A stretch of 19,779 bases of DNA. Origin: an archaeon (lineage in GTDB: Archaea; SpSt-1190; DYHY01). Shown here piece after piece: positions 17,645 through 19,779 of the stretch. A program made the position numbers and the translations under genes. Under the pieces are notes generated by a model, which was given only the letters and a program-made list of their open reading frames with translations, had not been told where the DNA came from and did not search any database. Numbering within the stretch: position 1 is the first letter of the stretch; every line of letters begins with the position of its first letter. The stretch is from contig JBBIPP010000016.1 in NCBI GenBank assembly GCA_037442745.1, forward strand, positions 1 to 19,779, in the 5' to 3' direction.

Positions 17645-18175
17645 TTAGAGCGCTCGAAGTTTCAGCCCTGCAAGGGCCGATTTCACCTGTGAGAGGAACT
17701 CGAGAACCCCTTCCTTTGTGAACGCGGTCTCCTTTCCGGCAGAAAACGAATCAAGGGTTCCTGAGAACTGAAGGCCAGCTCCAGTAACCTTGCCCTTGAG
17801 ATCGAACAGGAGCTTGTCCATTTCCGCCTTTTTCTCCTCCGGCTTTATTGCAAGAGCCTTCCTTTCAAGCTTGAATGCGAGGGAGGAGACAAAATAAATC
17901 CGGTCTTTGTATGCCACAATTGACCCTTGGAAATCGCCTCCAGTCTTGTAGAAGGAGAAGTTGTCAATTCCGGACGCGCCAATTAGGAGGTCATCCGGGC
18001 CCTTTAGCTTCAAGACCCTCTTTGTTACCTCCATTTTCGGGCTCTCCCGCCTTGTCGCAATAATTGAAGTGAATCCTTCCTCTGAAACTAGAGCTTCTGA
18101 GACTCCCTTCAGGTTCGAAATCAGGGAATCAGTCACGTCCTTCCTTTCCCAAACTGCTCCGGGAACAATTACCAT
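17645..18175 (-). CDS. Hypothetical protein
   Basis: Likely start MVIVPGAVW at 18175, with TATATAA ~25 nt upstream on the minus strand; the ORF is open to 18244. Confidence 0.7.
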   Translation of the reverse strand: MVIVPGAVWERKDVTDSLISNLKGVSEALVSEEGFTSIIATRRESPKMEVTKRVLKLKGPDDLLIGASGIDNFSFYKTGGDFQGSIVAYKDRIYFVSSLAFKLERKALAIKPEEKKAEMDKLLFDLKGKVTGAGLQFSGTLDSFSAGKETAFTKEGVLEFLSQVKSALAGLKLRAL

Positions 18176-18268
18176 GGCAAATGTGCCACTCCGCACAGTT
18201 ATATATGTTTGTACAGGAAAACAGCCCGAAATCGGGCAATGCATTTATACTGAAAAAGTCGAAACAAT

Positions 18269-18583
18269 ATGAGGCTGAGGAGAGAACAGATGCTATTGAC
18301 AATAAGGGAAAGCCCCTCAAAAATGGATTTCAACACTTTCAAGGCGCGGATTGTGGCGCTTGCGGGGGAGATTGAACGGAAAGGGGGAAGGTCGAGCACC
18401 CTTTTCTGCGGGCCTGATTCAGAATACGACAAACTGACGAAAACAACAACCCAGTTCTGGAGAGCGAAAGTTGATGTTACCGGGCCAATAACTGAAGCTG
18501 AAATAAAGGTTCTTCAGGAAACAGTTATGAAGAACGAGTCAATACAGGCAAAGCAGGGAATTCTCTCAGCTAAAAGGCGCTGA
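18269..18583 (+). CDS. Hypothetical protein
   Basis: TTTATA at ~18244-18249 upstream; protein-like ORF divergent from the previous gene. Confidence 0.6.
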   Translation: MRLRREQMLLTIRESPSKMDFNTFKARIVALAGEIERKGGRSSTLFCGPDSEYDKLTKTTTQFWRAKVDVTGPITEAEIKVLQETVMKNESIQAKQGILSAKRR

Positions 18584-18646
18584 ATAAGCTTCCTGCAAGT
18601 TCCCGGACAATTGAGGGAAATGTTAAAGGAGAATCGGAGTATTTTG

Positions 18647-19684
18647 TTACAAGGCGTCAGGAATCGCTGAATGCTGCAAGGGTTCCCCGGGTTCCGGGAA
18701 AAGCAAGTTGTCTTCCGAATATCGCGCTCCTTTTATGAGGGCTGAATATGCTAGTTTCGATTTCTCTGACCTGTGTATTGGGAAAATGAAATCTGCCTCG
18801 ACAGCTTTCGCCGCTTCCAAATACGCTTTTCCGCAGTTGGGGTGCCCGCTCAGGCTCACTGCCCGGACAGTCCTTTCTGGAATTGCATCCCAATTGTACG
18901 TTCCATTCTCAAGAATTTCCCGAAGAGGGCTGTTCTCAGGCGCATATGTAGAATTCAGTACAACTGCCCCTCATTCGCAATAAAGTAGGTTTCCAGTCAT
19001 TATTGAGTCAAGAATTTCCTTCGATTTCCCGGTGTGGCAGAACCCGGGCGATGCAAAAACAACATACAGGTTTCCGTCAGGGAAAATGTAGGACCAGTTC
19101 GCCTCTCCGCTTCAGAAATTTCCGACAAGTTCGTCAAAAACTCCCGCATATGGGCTGTTCTCAAGGCCGACGAATCCCTTCCAGAGGCCAGTCTCAATAT
19201 GGCAGGTTATCTCTTCTTTCGGAATTCCGCTCTCTTCAATTTCCTTTGGAATCAATGTTACCAAATCCTGCGCCAGTTTTTGGGCAAAACAGGGTAGTAG
19301 GATGCATCAATTGTTCTGGCTTGAATTGACTTTTCTTATTGCATCTGATACTGCCTCGACGAAAACCTCCTCGTTCTCCCTGTTTGTCAGCTCCTCAAAT
19401 TGCTTGTATGCGGTCGTCATTCCGTGGACAATGATTGTCGGAGCCCCGTCCTCGTCTTTTAGCCTCCTGAATTAGGAAAAGTTTTCTGCATCAACCATTT
19501 CGTCCCCTGTGACCTCGGCATAAATGCCAAACATTGTTGCGAGGGAAATTTTGTTTTCCGTTCCCGAAAAGAAAGTGTCCCTGAAAAGGAGCGCTCCCGG
19601 AAGGTTCTCAATTCCCCCTTTGGCTGACAATATGCGCGGTTATTTCGCATTTTCCGGCAAAAGTGTCGAAAGAATAATTTTCTC
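18647..19684 (-). pseudogene. Metallo-beta-lactamase/beta-CASP ribonuclease-like pseudogene, 5'-truncated by the IS
   Basis: One continuous frame with stops at 19642, 19474, 19309, 19114 and 18973. It contains ILLPCFAQKLAQDL, VVFASPGFCHTGKS, VVLNSTYAPENSP, SLSGHP and FIFPIH, in beta-CASP/RMMBL motif order. The HxHxDH region is missing. Confidence 0.75.
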
Positions 19685-19686
19685 AG

Positions 19687-19779
19687 GGGTCTGTTGAAAC
19701 CCTCCTAGAAAATGACTGAAATGCATATCCGGCCAGAGCCCGGGATATTTGTTCATTTTGTGACAAACAAACCTTTGTT
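19687..19779 (+). mobile_element. Second copy of the IS5-family left end, running off the window end
   Basis: GGGTCTGTTGAAACCCTCC...; inverted match to 199-291 with 4 mismatches in 93 nt. Confidence 0.8.

Noticed and set aside
1814-18432. Numerous antisense or alternate-frame ORFs in the track (e.g. 1984-2589, 5670-6218, 12142-12804, 14043-14648)
   Set aside because: Shadows of well-supported genes, with no independent motifs.
3568-19642. Stop-codon reassignment or selenocysteine explaining the in-frame stops
   Set aside because: The stops are mixed (TAA, TGA, TAG), occur alongside frameshifts, deletions and eroded motifs, and are absent inside core genes. All three codons terminate intact genes here.
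292-19686. Composite transposon or terminal inverted repeats of a linear element
   Set aside because: The enclosed genes are chromosomal housekeeping genes (ftsZ, gatDE), and the left repeat continues into a transposase remnant. Independent insertions are simpler.
1-19779. CRISPR array, rRNA genes
   Set aside because: No regularly spaced 24-47 nt repeats or rRNA signature sequences were seen.

Overview
Archaeal genomic DNA: gatD/gatE, an FtsZ2-type gene and a class III signal peptide pilin. The compact, mostly leaderless genes suggest a DPANN-like lineage, which is an inference. The window is bounded at both ends by inverted copies (89/93 nt identical) of the left end of an IS5-family element. 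Intact genes: ftsZ, a secreted beta-helix/Cys-rich/zinc-metallopeptidase with a membrane-anchored partner, an ATP-cone protein, a CPA2 antiporter, divergent gatD/gatE, a Tad/type IV pilus cluster (ATPase, two membrane platform proteins, a small pilin), a PD-(D/E)XK-like protein and three hypotheticals. Decayed genes: IS transposase, NUDIX, glutamate dehydrogenase, an ArsB/NhaD-type transporter and a beta-CASP nuclease. The most unusual signal surrounds ftsZ. Upstream is a ~300-nt leader that folds on the ftsZ strand, with three hairpins carrying the same apical CUGGUAA heptamer and a multi-stem junction closing next to the Shine-Dalgarno site. Downstream is a ~800-nt tract of GC-rich stems separated by A/C-rich linkers. 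All folds were read by eye, not computed.
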